Shown here piece after piece: positions 1-13,715 of a stretch of 64,000 nucleotides of DNA. A model generated the notes under the pieces. That model worked only from the letters and a program-made list of their open reading frames with translations, did no database searches and was not told the DNA's origin. The position numbers and the translations under genes were made by a program. This DNA is from Catajapyx aquilonaris (taxonomy: Eukaryota), in contig KZ538006.1 in the NCBI GenBank assembly GCA_000934665.2, positions 310,001 through 374,000 of the forward strand, read 5' to 3'. Numbering within the stretch: the stretch's first letter is position 1; the number at the start of each line of letters is the position of its first letter.

Positions 1-3000
1 TTTTAAACAATGCAAAAACTACGCTTTTTCATTTCATGCTTACCCAAAACCAGGGTCAAAGAACGGAGGCTGCATTATTGCTATAGGAACAGCTAAAAAC
101 ACAAAATTATAAGTTAATTTAGTGATAGAATGTATGTTAACATTCTCGATCGAGACTAATCTGTGAAACTTACTGATGGAATTCAAATGAGGATAGTAAT
201 ATGCGTTGACTGTCATTGGAGATCTCTGCCACCTGAATTTTGTTTTATAACTCTGCATTAGTGCATAATTTGTTGATAAACTATTACTGTAAATATGTAT
301 AGCACATACCCGTCATTTCCTACTTCCTTTCGCAACAGTGACAAAGTTTTCGCAACGCTCCACTGCAACAGGTTCAATACATTTGAAAGGTGATCGGAAT
401 CGTCCATGGCGAGCTTTATAAAAGTAAAAAAAAAATGTCAGTAAGATCTCTTACGGTTGAGAGAAGTTTTATTTACTAACAAGTGCTTAGCAGGTTGAAG
501 TGTTAAAAATTAGCTCATTATTTTAAGGTACCTTTTCGTAAAATTGATTTAGATCTGACTGGTCTTCTACAATGGCAGGATACATCACATTCACAGTCAT
601 AGCTGCAAGTTTTTCTTCTGCTTTTCTTCTCGTTGAAATATCCATCCATTGTAAATGTTGAAGCGAAACATTGAAAGAGTCCTTTAGGCTCAATACCATT
701 TTAGAAATCTGAAATAACCACAAATAATAAAATGCAATACTTTTACATTGATCTGTGTTTTTACACACCTGTTCAGCGTGGTAATTGTTTCCTTGGTTTT
801 TATTAATGTACATTTTGGTAAGGGCTAATCCCATAAAGGCGTTCAGATTCGAGATGCAAGTAAACCATCTGTAAAATGAAGTTTTTAATAATTCCCCAAG
901 TTGGAATAACTGTGTTATGGAAAGTGAAGTTATTTATTTATACTCTCTCTTATACTGTACAAGTGACCCATATATAGGATGATCCTGAAATTAATCAACG
1001 TTACCTGTTACTCTTCTCTGTTGTGGATGTAAGAGGTGGATCAGACCTTACGACTTCTGAGCCTAAATGAAGCATCATTCTAAAAGTGAGGTAATTAACT
1101 GCAACATAATAATCCCATATCAGACAGCGATGCAATGTGGAAAGATTTTATGACTTTACCCAATGTATCCCAACTTGTGTCGTGCAAAAGTTTCAGCATG
1201 TCCGAAAAGTATTTGGGTTTCCGAACTAAGATAGGTTCGTATTCATCAATGGAAATATCTGTTTCTGCAAAAACAGCTACCATATACTCTGTCCAATTCA
1301 TCTAGAAGAAATTAAAAGATAAGCAATATAACGCATGCAAATATTGGTTTACAGGGGTTTACCTTAATTCCATACTCTGAGGGTTCCTCTGAGGATTCTG
1401 AAGAATTTTGCAACATATCTTGCAATTTTTTCAAAGTCATGAATTGGTATGCATGGGAAATTACATTTTGACTGATTGGATATGTCAACTATAGAATGAA
1501 TCGAATCACTTTATTAGTGGAATATCTCACTGTCAGCAGCAGTATTTCTTGTGGTTCATATGAAAAATGTAATTTTGATAATTTTAAAGTATTGCATACA
1601 CACCTTGGCCAATGTAATTTCAAATTCCAAAGTAGAATTTACAATCGCATCAACATCATAACCTGTATAAGTAGAGTATAGGCTGTAGTGCTGCGAGTCA
1701 TTATTTTGTGCCTCCTTAAACAGGCATATCAAATTATGCAATGATGGGTGGAGGTAACAAAATGTACCAATATTTACTAATTATTTTGCCTGTTGTGATC
1801 ATTTAAATATATTTTTGAATGATGGTCTAACCCACATGAAAGTGAGGAGGCAGCTGCTTGGGTCCAAGAATCACGTGCAATTTCTCTGTAATTCCTGAAT
1901 GCAGCTGACTCAACTCCGGTCAACAGGTCATCTCGATCAAGACCTAAGGATGTCGGTTCTACCTGCGAAGTATTCAAATCGTAAATAAGGGCAGTTTAAA
2001 TGGTTTAAAATTGGGTAACTTAAAATAACGTATTTGCGATCGTGTACTCACATATATTATATATCTGGAAGTATTTCTTTCGTCTACATCAACTTTGAAT
2101 GAAACAAATATGTTGGCGGCGTACTTGCGACGAAGGTCTCCTAACGTGCTGCTGAATGATTCTTCAGTAAAAGTATTCGTGATATTCTGAATCAAGACTC
2201 TTAACGGGCTCCAACCCAGCTTCTCGATTCTTCCTGTTTAGAAGAGAACGACTTGAAATACTACTGAAGCGAATGTGTATTATTACAACTTTTCAATATT
2301 GTAATACGATGGGATCTTTCCAATAGACCTTTTAAACTACATACTTATCAGTAACAGTGGCTCGCAGTGTACAATGTGGCAAATGTTTGAAACAACTATT
2401 ACTATTAAACAACTATTATTACTTATGACAATTAGCTGTGTTATAACATCAGTTGATTTTATGACCTCATTTATATTTGAGTTGAACTGATGGCATTGAA
2501 CTGCACAATATGAGTTATAGGCCTACTTTGTCAACCTATTCCATTGCTTACTGGGCCGTATTCTTATCTTTCGTGCCCATTTCTTTCACTTTATCCGCGC
2601 AGAATTTTTAGTGCCTCTTTAGCTTGTAGTAATTATTTACAAATGACTATCTCAAATGATCGTTATCGGGGTATTTATTATGGCCTGATAACTTTATGGG
2701 TAACGGAATACTCTTACCCAGATTGATGCAAGCCGTGTAAAAGTCTCGCGCTTTGTCTTCACTGGTCTTGGGAGTGAGTATGTCACTTTCATCGTAACTC
2801 TCCTTATCATTCTTCATCTTCTCCAGTTCTTCTGCAAATAATAAATAAGTTATTTAGTGTATATGTCAGTCACTCTTTCTTTCTTTCCATAAAATATCAG
2901 GTTTACCAGTAAAACTTTTTACAGTTGCATGCAGAGTAGAGTAAGGTTTAGTATACTGTACATGAGACTGTTCATGCATGCGTAAGTAGTGTAACGTTAT

Positions 3001-5604
3001 TTAGTATAATATTATGCAGGATCCTACGTGAGTATAGGCTACATGTACGATGCAGGGAGCAGGGTAATTGATTACAGTCTTTACACTATTTTAATATTGA
3101 TAAATCTCAAACTGCCACCCTTAGATGAATAAAATGCAGTAACTGAAATATGTCATAAGGTCTATTAGCTTATTGATTCGTCCAGCAAATACTACACGAC
3201 CAGGAACAGAAGTCTATAAGTAACTAGATGATAACTCGATCTTATCCGATCTTATCTCACATTTACAGCTATGTTTACTCTGCGAATGAGGGTAGTACAG
3301 TACAGTCCATGTAACTCACCAAATGCGGGGAAATCACTTGAAATACAGCCACAGTAAGAATTATCATGGCGACTAATAATTGTGCGTGATGTGCAGTGCA
3401 AACTAACAAATAAGTTCTTGGTGCAGGTGATATGCAACTATGCAATGAGTGAATGAGTGCACAAAAATTAGCTTCTCTGTGTAGCTAAACTGTGTACCGG
3501 TAGTGAAGACGTCACTTGCCAAAGGGCCCAAGTGGCCAAGTCCCAAAATTTCGAACAACCGCTTTATTGCGGATTCCTACTCTTTGAGTCGGGCCTTACA
3601 TCCCTGGTGAAGATGAAGACCCAGTCAATCAGTGCCTTAAAATTGAATGTGATGCTTTGCTGTCCATTGCCTATTACTGGGACTTATGCCCTTTGGCAAC
3701 TGACTGGACGTAAATCAGATTCTGATGGATGTTAATAATAATTAACATAGGATGGGAAAAAACTGGTCACACCTTTCTTCGTAGTACTACTTTATGAATA
3801 TGATGTGTTCAGATGGACAAGCACGACTGAAATTTGCAACAGGAAATGTTGGTGCTGGCGTTCACTTGCCAAAGGTTAACTTTTGAACTTCCAGTTATAG
3901 AACGATTTTGAAGTTAGGTTAAGCCTTAGTTGATGTTTTAGGCTACAAATTGATATACTGTATTTTAAATTCTGTGGCAGTAATGCCTCTGAATATTATT
4001 ATTTTAGAGGCATTCGCTGCATTCCTGCCTGTAGGTCTTTACAAAATAATGTTCTGTTTAGTTCTGTTTAGAAATTATAAAAATGTGAATAACAAATTAT
4101 TGAACTGTCATAATGAAATCTTGATTAATATGTTAACATGGTTAGAACAGTTGAACAGTCAACTTGTGCTGAGAGACACCTGTAGAGGGGTTATTTTCTT
4201 TCTCACAAGCTCCATATCATTTATATATTATGTCCAAGAGTGCTATCACTTGTATATTTTTGTCCAATTACCTCGTAAAAGCGAGAAAACATTTCGCTGT
4301 AAGATTTGCATGTTTCCCCACTTTCCAGCTGTGCTAGGAATGTCTTCCTGGTGGTTAATGTTCCATCTGCCACAAGCAAAACCATAGAAATCTTGGCAAG
4401 GATCCACTGACGTGTTTAGAGAATCCAATATTGTGGAGGCTGAAATATTTTTTATTGGTTACACTCACCTGTAATACAGTATATGACAGTGGTTTGGATA
4501 ATGTACTCTGGGTCAACAGCATGCATTACCATACGACAGTAAGGTTTCAATAGGTGAGATGAAATAATGAATGGTCAGGGAACTTCACGGCTAGGTCCCC
4601 TAGCCGTGAAGTTCCCTGACCATTCATTATTTCTCGATTCATTATTTTTCTTTAGTTGTTCTCGAGGATGTGCCCGATGCTGTGCTCGAGGATGTGCCCG
4701 ATGCTGTGCTCGAGGATGTGCTCGAGGATGTGCCCGATGCTGTGCTCGAGGATGTGCTCGAGGATGTGCCCGATGCTGTGCTCGAGGGTGTGCTCGAAGG
4801 TGTGCTCGAGGCTGTGCTCGATGCTGTGCTCGATGCTGTGATTGTCTTTGAGCTTGATTCGGTCGACCCCGTGGTAGGTGTTGTGGGAGTCATGGTAGGT
4901 TTTGTGGTAGTCGTGGTAGGTTGTGTGGTAGTCGTTCTGGTCGTTTGAGTCGTGATGGTGCTTGTGCTTGTTGTTGTGTCCGGATTTTGGGTCACTTTTG
5001 AGGGAGTTGTTGTGAGATGTGAGGAAGGGCTTGCAGATGTTTTGTGAGATGTTGAAGATGATTTGTGAGATGTTGTACGTGTCATTTCTGTGCTAGTTTC
5101 GACGGAAGGTGACGTACTTGGTATAGTCACGCTGCTGGACTTCTCAGTGGTGGTCGAAGCATGCAACTCACGGTTAAGTTCGTCAATTCTTGCATTCATT
5201 TTGTCTATCTGCCTGCTCTTAGTTTTGGCTGCGTAAAAAATTTACTTAATTAGAGTGCACAAAGAATCTAGGATATTATTTTCAAATTAAAGTTTCAGCA
5301 GAAATCTGTGCGTGTAATTATGTATCCTACTCAAGCTATAGGACTTACATTGCTCCGAGACACAGATGAGGGAAATGGTGAAACAAAATAATACCACTGA
5401 CAGAATGGCAATAGTAGTGATGTACCGCCTTTCTAGTGTGGTCCTTGTTCTCCAAAATTGCTCCCATCTTGGCCTATACGAAATTTGAAAAAAAAATGAA
5501 TAAGTTTTAAAACAATAACTAAAAATGCAGTGCCATCTATTTGTGACATTGTCCTACCTTTCACGGTCAAATAAGTCGGAACCTTCTTCCATTGCCATAG
5601 ACAT
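1..5604 (-). CDS. M13 family (neprilysin/ECE-like) type II membrane metallopeptidase, multi-exon, 3' part outside window
   Basis: ATG at 5604 (MSMAMEEGSDLFDRER|PRWEQFWRTRTTLERR), then TM helix YITTIAILSVVLFCFTISLICV and a Ser/Thr-rich stalk exon. M13 motifs follow in later exons: ILDSLNTSVDPCQDFYGFACGRW (~4440-4270), KARDFYTACIN (~2720-2760), LQWMDISTRRKAEEKLAAM (~600-660), VNAYYYPHLNSI and PIAIMQPPFF (44-230). The catalytic HExxH is not in the window. The stalk exon appears to end in a stop (see findings). Confidence 0.85.
3511..3704. mobile_element. Putative MITE (short TIR element) in neprilysin intron
   Basis: gtcacttgccaaagggc (3511-3527) matches the reverse complement of 3688-3704 at 16/17. 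A further partial copy tcacttgccaaagg lies at ~3862-3875. No clear TSD. Confidence 0.45.
4561..4633. repeat. Perfect palindrome, 35-bp arms with 3-nt spacer
   Basis: gaaataatgaatggtcagggaacttcacggctagg-tcc-cctagccgtgaagttccctgaccattcattatttc; a partial duplicate of the tail (attcattattt) lies at 4638-4648. Confidence 0.9.
4660..4845. repeat. Coding minisatellite of 12-bp units encoding Ser/Thr-rich mucin-like stalk
   Basis: Alternating ctcgaggatgtg / cccgatgctgtg units; translates on - as (STASGTSS/STSS)n within the neprilysin stalk exon. Confidence 0.9.
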
Positions 5605-5953
5605 GTTTTTTTTTTTCAAGAGTATTTTATTAAACTCCTTTTGATTTATCTGCTACCTGCTGATTGAAGAGAAGAACAGAAACTGGCGATTATATGAGCT
5701 CATCATAACCAAAGCATCCCATTTCATTGCGTTGCATTAAGTGAACCGTTTATGATGACTACTTTTTTGGAATAACATTACCATAACATGTCAGTTACCG
5801 GTACTTGTAAGGCTGCATTGAAATTTTTCAAATATAGACTCGGTGAATCTACTGTACAATCATTGAGTCACCTAAAATTGCGATAACCCCAATCAAAATG
5901 GATTTTACACCCGGCAGTGATAGTAAATCATCCATTCATGTGTTCAGGTATTT

Positions 5954-8776
5954 TAGTCCAGTCATTCAGTGCTCGAAATGGGCTCTACCTGGAAAGTTTT
6001 GGAGAAGTTCTGATTTTTGGGTCCAGTATGTTTTTCGAGGTGCTGATTACGAATTTCCACTTTGCCACCACGAAAAATGTCGGGAAATATCTTAAAAATG
6101 CAGAAAACAACAAAAAAATGGGACTTTTGTTTTGTTTTTGCCCATAACGTGAAAACCATGCACTTTTCGAGACAGATCATTGTATACAAATATACACTAG
6201 ACTTAATGTCCTACAACTTACCTCTGTATGTTTTTTCTGTCAGACGAATAGTTAAGGCTCAAGCGCTCATTGAAATAGTAGAGTCCAATCCCAAGATGGC
6301 GCCTTGAGGGGACAATCGACGCTATCCTCATTTTCCCTCGTTTCCATCCATTCCTCTCAACCTTGTCACTCTGTAGGGGCGAGTCATTCAGTTCAGTTCG
6401 GCTGTATAATGTCTCTTCGGGTATGTTTTATTTGTGACAGTAGGCCTACGTTGGAAGGTGGACGTGAAGTGACAGTACTATAGTGAAACAAAAAGGTTTG
6501 AAGACATTTAGTGAAGCAAGTAAGCAGAGGAAGGATGGAAAGGGCGTTCATCTGATGGGGAAGACATCAATTTATTATTATTGAAGTTCACAAAAAATGT
6601 CGAAAGCAGTACATTAATGAAAAATTAATTGCTGCCTCTGCGAAGAGGGCTCACCAGGGTGGTCAGACGCAACAATTACCCTCGTCGGTACCCACCTTTT
6701 CTTTCAAAACGAATTGTTTTTTTGTGTGGATTGGTGATAACACGATTAACACCACAGTTTATATAGGAACAAAAACGACTCCCTGCATCGAAACGCAACC
6801 TTGTGTATAGTGTTAGGCAGTTAAAAGTGAGAGAAAAGGTTGTACAACTCGCTGAAAGACGTAATGATGAGTATGGACGAGCCATACTTGTACGTGTTGG
6901 CCCAGTGCAGTGTATGAAAAAAAATGTACTGTCGCCCACAGGCCAAAGAAAAGAAAGCACGTGGTCCGTTTGGCAATGACATTGAGAAAGCAATGCAAAA
7001 TATATTCCATGACCGGTGTATGGAATGATCCTGTTTACAATCCCATTCGATGCATTCCCAAGCATATGATACTTCTGCATCAGCAGTTCATTTTGACAAA
7101 AAAATTGAATATTGCCCTTTTCAAAATCATCAATTCAATTCATGAACCACATCGAAGGTGAATACCGTCCTGACATAAAGACTATGAAAGCTGAGTTTCT
7201 CAAGAAGTATGGAAGTGATATATTAATATCACCAACTGCGAACTAAAAACCTGTCCTGTGTTTCAAAAGCACAGGCTACAAAATTCTGACAGATGCCTGG
7301 TATCAGCAGAAATCGTTGTCTGAACAAGAGGAATGACGTTGCATTGTGGGGACAGCAGCTGCTATAATTGTTGAAGATATACGGTCCCAGGTGTACAACA
7401 CAACACAATACCCCCCACCAGATCGTTTTTTGGAAGGAAACGAGAATCTCATTCCCGACACTCTTCGTGCTTTCACTGAGACAGTGTTATTGAAGAAAAA
7501 GCATGGAGACATTGGCAGGTGGAAAAAGAAGTCAGCAGCACATGCACACAGGATCATTAGTGCAGTGAGACCAAAATCATTTATTTCGCCTGTGCAAGAT
7601 GGTTTGGCAGCATTTCTGTATAAAAAGTATGGCTGCCGAAAGTTACTTGATATGTTTTCAGCCTTGGGATTGGATGTGGTTCATCAATTCGTCCAGAGCT
7701 GATTGACATTCTTCATCATTATTATCGAGAAAAGTGAATATATTTTGCATTGCTTTCTCAATGTCATTGCCAAACGGACCACGTGCTTTCTTTTCTTCGG
7801 CCTGTGGGCGACAGTACATTTTTTTCATACACTGCACTGGGCCAACACGTACAAGTATGGCTCGTCCATACTCATCATTACGTCTTTCAGCGAGTTGTAC
7901 AACCTTTTCTCTCACTTTTAACTGCCTAACACTATACACAAGGTTGCGTTTCGATGCAGGGAGTCGTTTTTGTTCCTATATAAACTGTGGTGTTAATCGT
8001 GCTATCACCAATCCACACAAAAAAACAATTCGTTTTGAAAGAAAAGGTAGGTACCGACGAGGGTAATTGTTGCGTCTGACCACCCTGGTGAGCCCTCTTC
8101 GCAGAGGCAGCAATTAATTTTTCATTAATGTACTGCTTTCGACATTTTTTGTGAACTTCAATAATAATAAATTGATGTCTTCCCCATCAGATGAACGCCC
8201 TTTCCATCCTTCCTCTGCTTACTTGCTTCACTAAATGTCTTCAAACCCTTTTGTTTCACTAGTACTGTCACTTCACGTCCACCTTCCAACGTAGGCCTAC
8301 TGTCACAAATAAAACATACCCGAAGAGACATTATACAGCCGAACTGAACTGAATGACTCGCCCCTACAGAGTGACGAGGTTGAGAGGAATGGATGGAAAC
8401 GAGGGAAAATGGGGATAGCGTCGATTGTCCCCTCAAGGCGCCATCTTGGGATTGGACGCTACTATTTCAATGAGCGCTTGAGCCTTAACTATTTGTCTGA
8501 CAGAAAAAACATACAGAGGTAAGATGTAGGAAATTACGTCTAGTGTATATTTGTATACAATGATCTGTCTCGAAAAGTGCATGGTTTTCACGTTATGGGC
8601 AAAAACAAAACAAAAGGCCCATTTTTTTGTTGTTTTTTGCATTTTTAAGATATTTCCCGAAATCTTTCGAGGTGGCAAATTGGAAATTCGTAATCAGCAC
8701 CTCGAAAAACATACTGGGCCCAAAAATCAGAACTTCTCCAAAACTTTCCAGGTAAAACTACCAAATGACTGGACTA
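5954..8776. mobile_element. Degenerate Academ-like DNA transposon rearranged as a foldback (long inverted repeat)
   Basis: Termini tagtccagtcatt (5954-5966) and aatgactggacta (8764-8776), with flanking TTT/TTT as a putative 3-bp TSD. Near-identical inverted arms ~5986-7008 vs ~7735-8754. Frameshifted transposase-like remnants include MSLRVCFICD... at 6409 and IISAVRPKSFISPVQDGLAAFLYKKYGCRKLLDMFSALG at ~7550-7670. TAG...CTA ends, a 3-4 bp TSD and long TIRs fit Academ (assignment from recollection). Confidence 0.7.
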
Positions 8777-11219
8777 TTTGACACAAATAGTTTTATAAAG
8801 CACAGGCAGCAGTTCTGTGAAATATAATAATTCAGGTGATCTTATGGGCGATTAAAAAATCCTAACTGCATCATGTAGTGGAAGCTATTGGGATAGATTG
8901 GAAGACTTTTCATGAGCTGCTGCACACTATTGCATTAATTCTGAACACTAGCAACGTTTACCATAATCATGAAACTTGTTGTCACAATGTCCCTACCTCT
9001 AGTGGTGGATGGAAATTGGGCGAGAGGAATGATTCATGCACACTGTTCTTGAATCAACAGGAAATGAATGATGACGTGACAATGAGGCAATATCAAGGGC
9101 AAATGGCAGTATAAATCACGACACTGGCACAGCGACACACCCTGTCTGGCTCTATGGATTAGCCAATACACCACATACACTCAAATATTATTGCTACCAT
9201 AGATAAAACCTGGTTCATTGACCAAGTCCCCAATAATTCAAAGCATGAAGTTATAGGTTGCTCATCTCAACATCTATGAGTGTTGCTTCAATTTCGCATT
9301 AAACATTCTAAGTTGTCAGTCACTGTTTGTGATTATTATTATTTTAAATGTAACAGGTGATGCAAATGTGACTGTGCTTGGCATCATGACACAAGTAAAA
9401 GTGAGTAAAAGTAGTGATATCCTTATAACATATTGCAAGGCATGCTACCATGCGTCATTATTTCATCATAACGAACTCACCTTGAGACTTTGATGTGATG
9501 TTGCACAGTACTATAACATGTGCCTGCAATTCTATAGTATAATGCACTACACAACATAAAATGACATTTTGCATGTGGCTCTTCACTCACAATTTGGGAT
9601 TTTGTGTAGGCCTACTGGACATTCCCGTAAATTTCTTACTTGGTGACAGTGTAACAGCCATCATTGAATCTTCTTCTTGCAAAAGACTTTGCACTAAACT
9701 AGTATGGGCGGTTTTCTCACTACTACACCATTATCTTGCACCGTGATAACTAACACTCCTTTTTGTTAGACATCCTAGACAACTAAACAACTTGTCACAA
9801 AGTGATGCAGAATAATTATGCAATAACATCTACTCCTATTGTTCGTCCTGAACCACATGTCACATATAATAATAGCCCTACCATACACACCTGGTTCCAA
9901 CAGAATTATTGAGCGCAATATTCCAGTTCACAGAAGTAGACTATATGGCAGTGACTTTTGCAAGGCCAGAATCCAATGGGCGGTGTATAGCCTACCATTC
10001 AGATAAGATTAGATAGGCTCTCATGCAGGTAATGCCCTTTGTTACAGAGGATATAGCAGTAATTTCTTATTCTCAAAGAAAGCGACAGATCCCAAAAGTA
10101 CCGCCTGACTCGCCCCCACTAAATCATGGCAGAATTCCTAGGAATCACGGAACACTAAGAAAATTAGGAAAACCATTGCATCACAGTTTTTGATGGTTAC
10201 GGAAGTTCATGTTCCTCTAAAAAAACTTAGCACTCGAGTGTTGACATTATTAACAAGACTTCAATACCTAAAACTGCAGCAACAACTAATTGAAACTTTT
10301 TTTTTTCAATGAGCTGAAGCAATGGGATCAGGTCCCACCCCCATGCATTACATCACCACATTGTAAGGTAGCATTAGATCTACAAGCAGTACGCCCAGAA
10401 TCAAGGGGAGGATTGGTGTCACAGATAATGATAAAACATATTTATTCATGATAAACATAAGTAGGTTACTTATGTTACATTCTGATATACTGAACTTCTA
10501 GATCACTATCTTCTGAATCACTCTCGTACCGCCAAATATGCATATAAATTTTATTTACGAGCGTATTAGTAGTAATTCATTTATTGGCATGAATTTATGA
10601 CTAATCCTCAGGTACTATGTGCCATGTTGTTTAATATACTTACTCCAGGATGGAAAAATGAAGTGCTAAAGTTACATAGCATAGGTATACTTTGGCCTTA
10701 ATATTTTTGACAGAGAATACATTATACAACCAAATCAAAACTGAAGGTAATGAAGTAAGAGATCCTTTGGGTATTACAATGGGATAAATTACATTTTACA
10801 AAGACAATTTCACCAACTTCGGTACAAACCATTTTCATTCATTTTTGACCTGATAAATTCTAATCGGTTAAAAGTTAACACTGCGGGGAATTTTGTGCAA
10901 CTTATCTGTTTGCATATCATGGCTGAGTTCAAAGCAAACTTTTACATAGCTTTCAAACGTAACACCTAGATGCATCTATTTTACGCAAGAGACTATAAAA
11001 CTAAAGTATTTCGTCACATGCCATCCTGTTGATAATATTCGTATACTTTTATTATGAGAAACTGCGCAGTAAGATGAAGCCAAAAATGTCAGTTGTGAGA
11101 GGAACTTCATGAACCCCTTCAGGCAAATAAAACAACAACTACTGTATAGAAGGACAATATTTTCTTATTATTACAAGCCAGAAAAAATAACAGATCACAA
11201 TAATTGAGTCAACTGTACA

Positions 11220-13715
11220 TTAAGTGCCGAAAGTCTGGAGTAGAGAGAGAATGTAGCTACCCAGGTCTTCATCCTGAAATCAAAACACAAGATGTTCAGC
11301 AATTATTGTCATATAAACATGCTAACAATTATGTGAATATAATTATGGCAACTACTATGACTAGATTGCACAAAGCAGTGTCCAAGTTAGAGTTACATAT
11401 GCTCTTACAAGTTAGTCGACAGGATGTTCTCTTCATTTCGCTTCATATTTTTGCAACCTAACTCATCATGAGCAGTTACAAAGTACAAACAATAAGCAAC
11501 ACAATACCTGTAATCCCCAGGAGACAACAACTCCCTTGCGGTCCTCATCGTCAGAGCCCTGAATTTGTACTAACACGGACTCCACAGAAATGCCGCCTTC
11601 CATCACCTGCAGCGTCCAATCCTCCAGGTTGCTTTGCAACCTCTGCTTAATCTTAATGATAGTCTGTGAGGTAGGACCAGGATCTTGCAATACCACAGTG
11701 GAGGAAAATCGGACCTGGTGATGCACCACACCAGCTTCCTTACAAGCGTCTTCAACATCCATCAGGCATAAACTCTGCAAAAAAATTTTAACACAGTTAA
11801 CTCAACTTAAAGAGTACACCTAAGCAACTTCTCCAAAGTGATCCCTTTCACTTCCTTCAACTTAATTTATCATTATATACTGTCAGCAAACTTACATTGT
11901 CCTTCATGACCAGCACACCATGCATGACTCGAGCTCTCTTAGGATCAGGTGGCTCCTGGTCATACTTGACAGCCTCTCTGCGCAACAACGGAAGAGACAC
12001 ATCCACCGGTATGGCCTGTGTGGTAGGAACAGTGCAGGTCTCGCCATTGGCAGGCATGTAACACTGCACTCCAAACTCTTGCCGGATCTTTTGGCGCAAG
12101 AACCTCATCTTCTCAGCCTCTCCATGAACTAGCAGTACATTTCGAGGCTCACAATACTGCACCAGTTGCATTATACCCTTCGCATCGGCATGGGCTGAAA
12201 ATGACATGTACTGCACGCTCAGCTTGACCTCTATGATCTGCTTCGTCTCAAGCTCCACTCGTTTGGCACCATTGAGGACCTTGTGTCCAACTGTTCCTTG
12301 GACGCAGTAACCAGGCATGATGACCATGTTGTTCTCATTGGGCGCCCACTTCCGGAATATATGCAATGAGAGCCCAGCATGCAGCATTCCTGGCGTGGCG
12401 AACACAACCATTGCACCAGGGTTGTCTATGTACGCCTTATCAAATGGTTTTATGTGCTTGAAGTCAAACATGTTTCGCTGCACAAATGTCTTACGAATCT
12501 TCTGATTTGTCCATGTAATGAACATCTTGTAGTAATTATTAGCCTTCTCGGTCAGGCCCAGAGCAAAATAGATGGGCACCTTCAAGTTCATTCGCTCCCA
12601 ATATGTCTCAAGAAGGATGCACAGCTCTTGGGCACGACCAAGGGCAAATACTGGTATCAAGACTTTCCCGCCACGATCCACACAGTCATGCACCTGTAAA
12701 ATTATTGTTATTGCCATTACAAACATGTTCAGGTCAGAATGAAATTTTTCTAATTTATCTGCAATCTGTTAAGACTAACTTTCTGAATTAAAATATCAAG
12801 TTCTGACTTTTTAATAAGGTTTTATTAAAACTGCTCGATGAAAGAGCTTCCAGTAATTGGAATACGACAAACATGTAGATGGTCACAGCACTAAAGTATA
12901 AATATTGACACAAAATAGGCACATGGATTCACTACCTTGAGTGAACAAACATGCTAAAAAAGTGCTAGTACCTTTTTTAAGAAGTCTCGTTCACGACATC
13001 GTTTAGAGTCTCGTATTGTGGTAGCATAAGTCGATTCAGAAATGAGCAGGTCAGGTCGGCATCTATCAATCCAAGCAGCACCAAGGTGGCGGTCAGGCGT
13101 CATGTTGTAGTCACCAGTGTAGACAACAGACTCTGAGCCAACCTTCACTCTGAACATGGCCGCACCCAACACATGCCCAGCGTAGTACGCCTTCAGTTCC
13201 AGTTCGGAATCAACCGCCACCGTCTGATGCAGCGTGACAGCCACCACCTTCTTCATGCAATCCTTAATCATCTGCGAAGTGAAGAAGTTGGTTTCCCCCT
13301 TCCTCTCAACAGACACCTTCCGCATATCCTCCAACAGAATCGGACATATAGCCTTGGTCGGATGCGTCATATAAATAGGCCCGTTGTACCCAACCATCTC
13401 AGTCATGAACGGCAAAGCCCCGCAATGATCCAGATGAAAGTGCGAGATAATCACGCAGTCAATATGCGCACTCAAGTCTCCATCCTTCGTAATGTAGCTG
13501 AAATCCGGGAACTTCCTCTCATCATTGTAGCCCATATGCATTCCACAATCCAACATTATGTTCTTCCCTCCAATAGTCAGCAGAATGCAGCTTCGGCCCA
13601 CATCCTGACCAGCCCCTGTAATATAATTATAGTGTTAAATTCAACTGGTGCTAATGTACTTCAACTGCTCAATTGCAGAGTACTTACCCAACGGCGTCAC
13701 TTTAATTTCCGGCAT
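11220..13715 (-). CDS. INTS11: Integrator complex subunit 11 (CPSF3-like metallo-beta-lactamase/beta-CASP endonuclease), 5 coding exons
   Basis: [44 protein letters not shown] metal-binding motif; [42 protein letters not shown]; last exon [17 protein letters not shown] with stop at 11220-11222. Confidence 0.96.

Noticed and set aside
4660..4845. CRISPR-like array
   Set aside because: Tandem units with no unique spacers, eukaryotic context and no cas genes
4567..4948. Plus-strand repetitive ORFs (CARGCARC..., MCPMLCSR..., VPDAVLED...)
   Set aside because: Antisense readings of the 12-bp minisatellite in the neprilysin stalk exon; not Cys-rich peptides
5898..8781. Pairs of near-identical small ORFs on opposite strands
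   Set aside because: Mirror products of the inverted repeat; frameshifted transposon remnants, not genes
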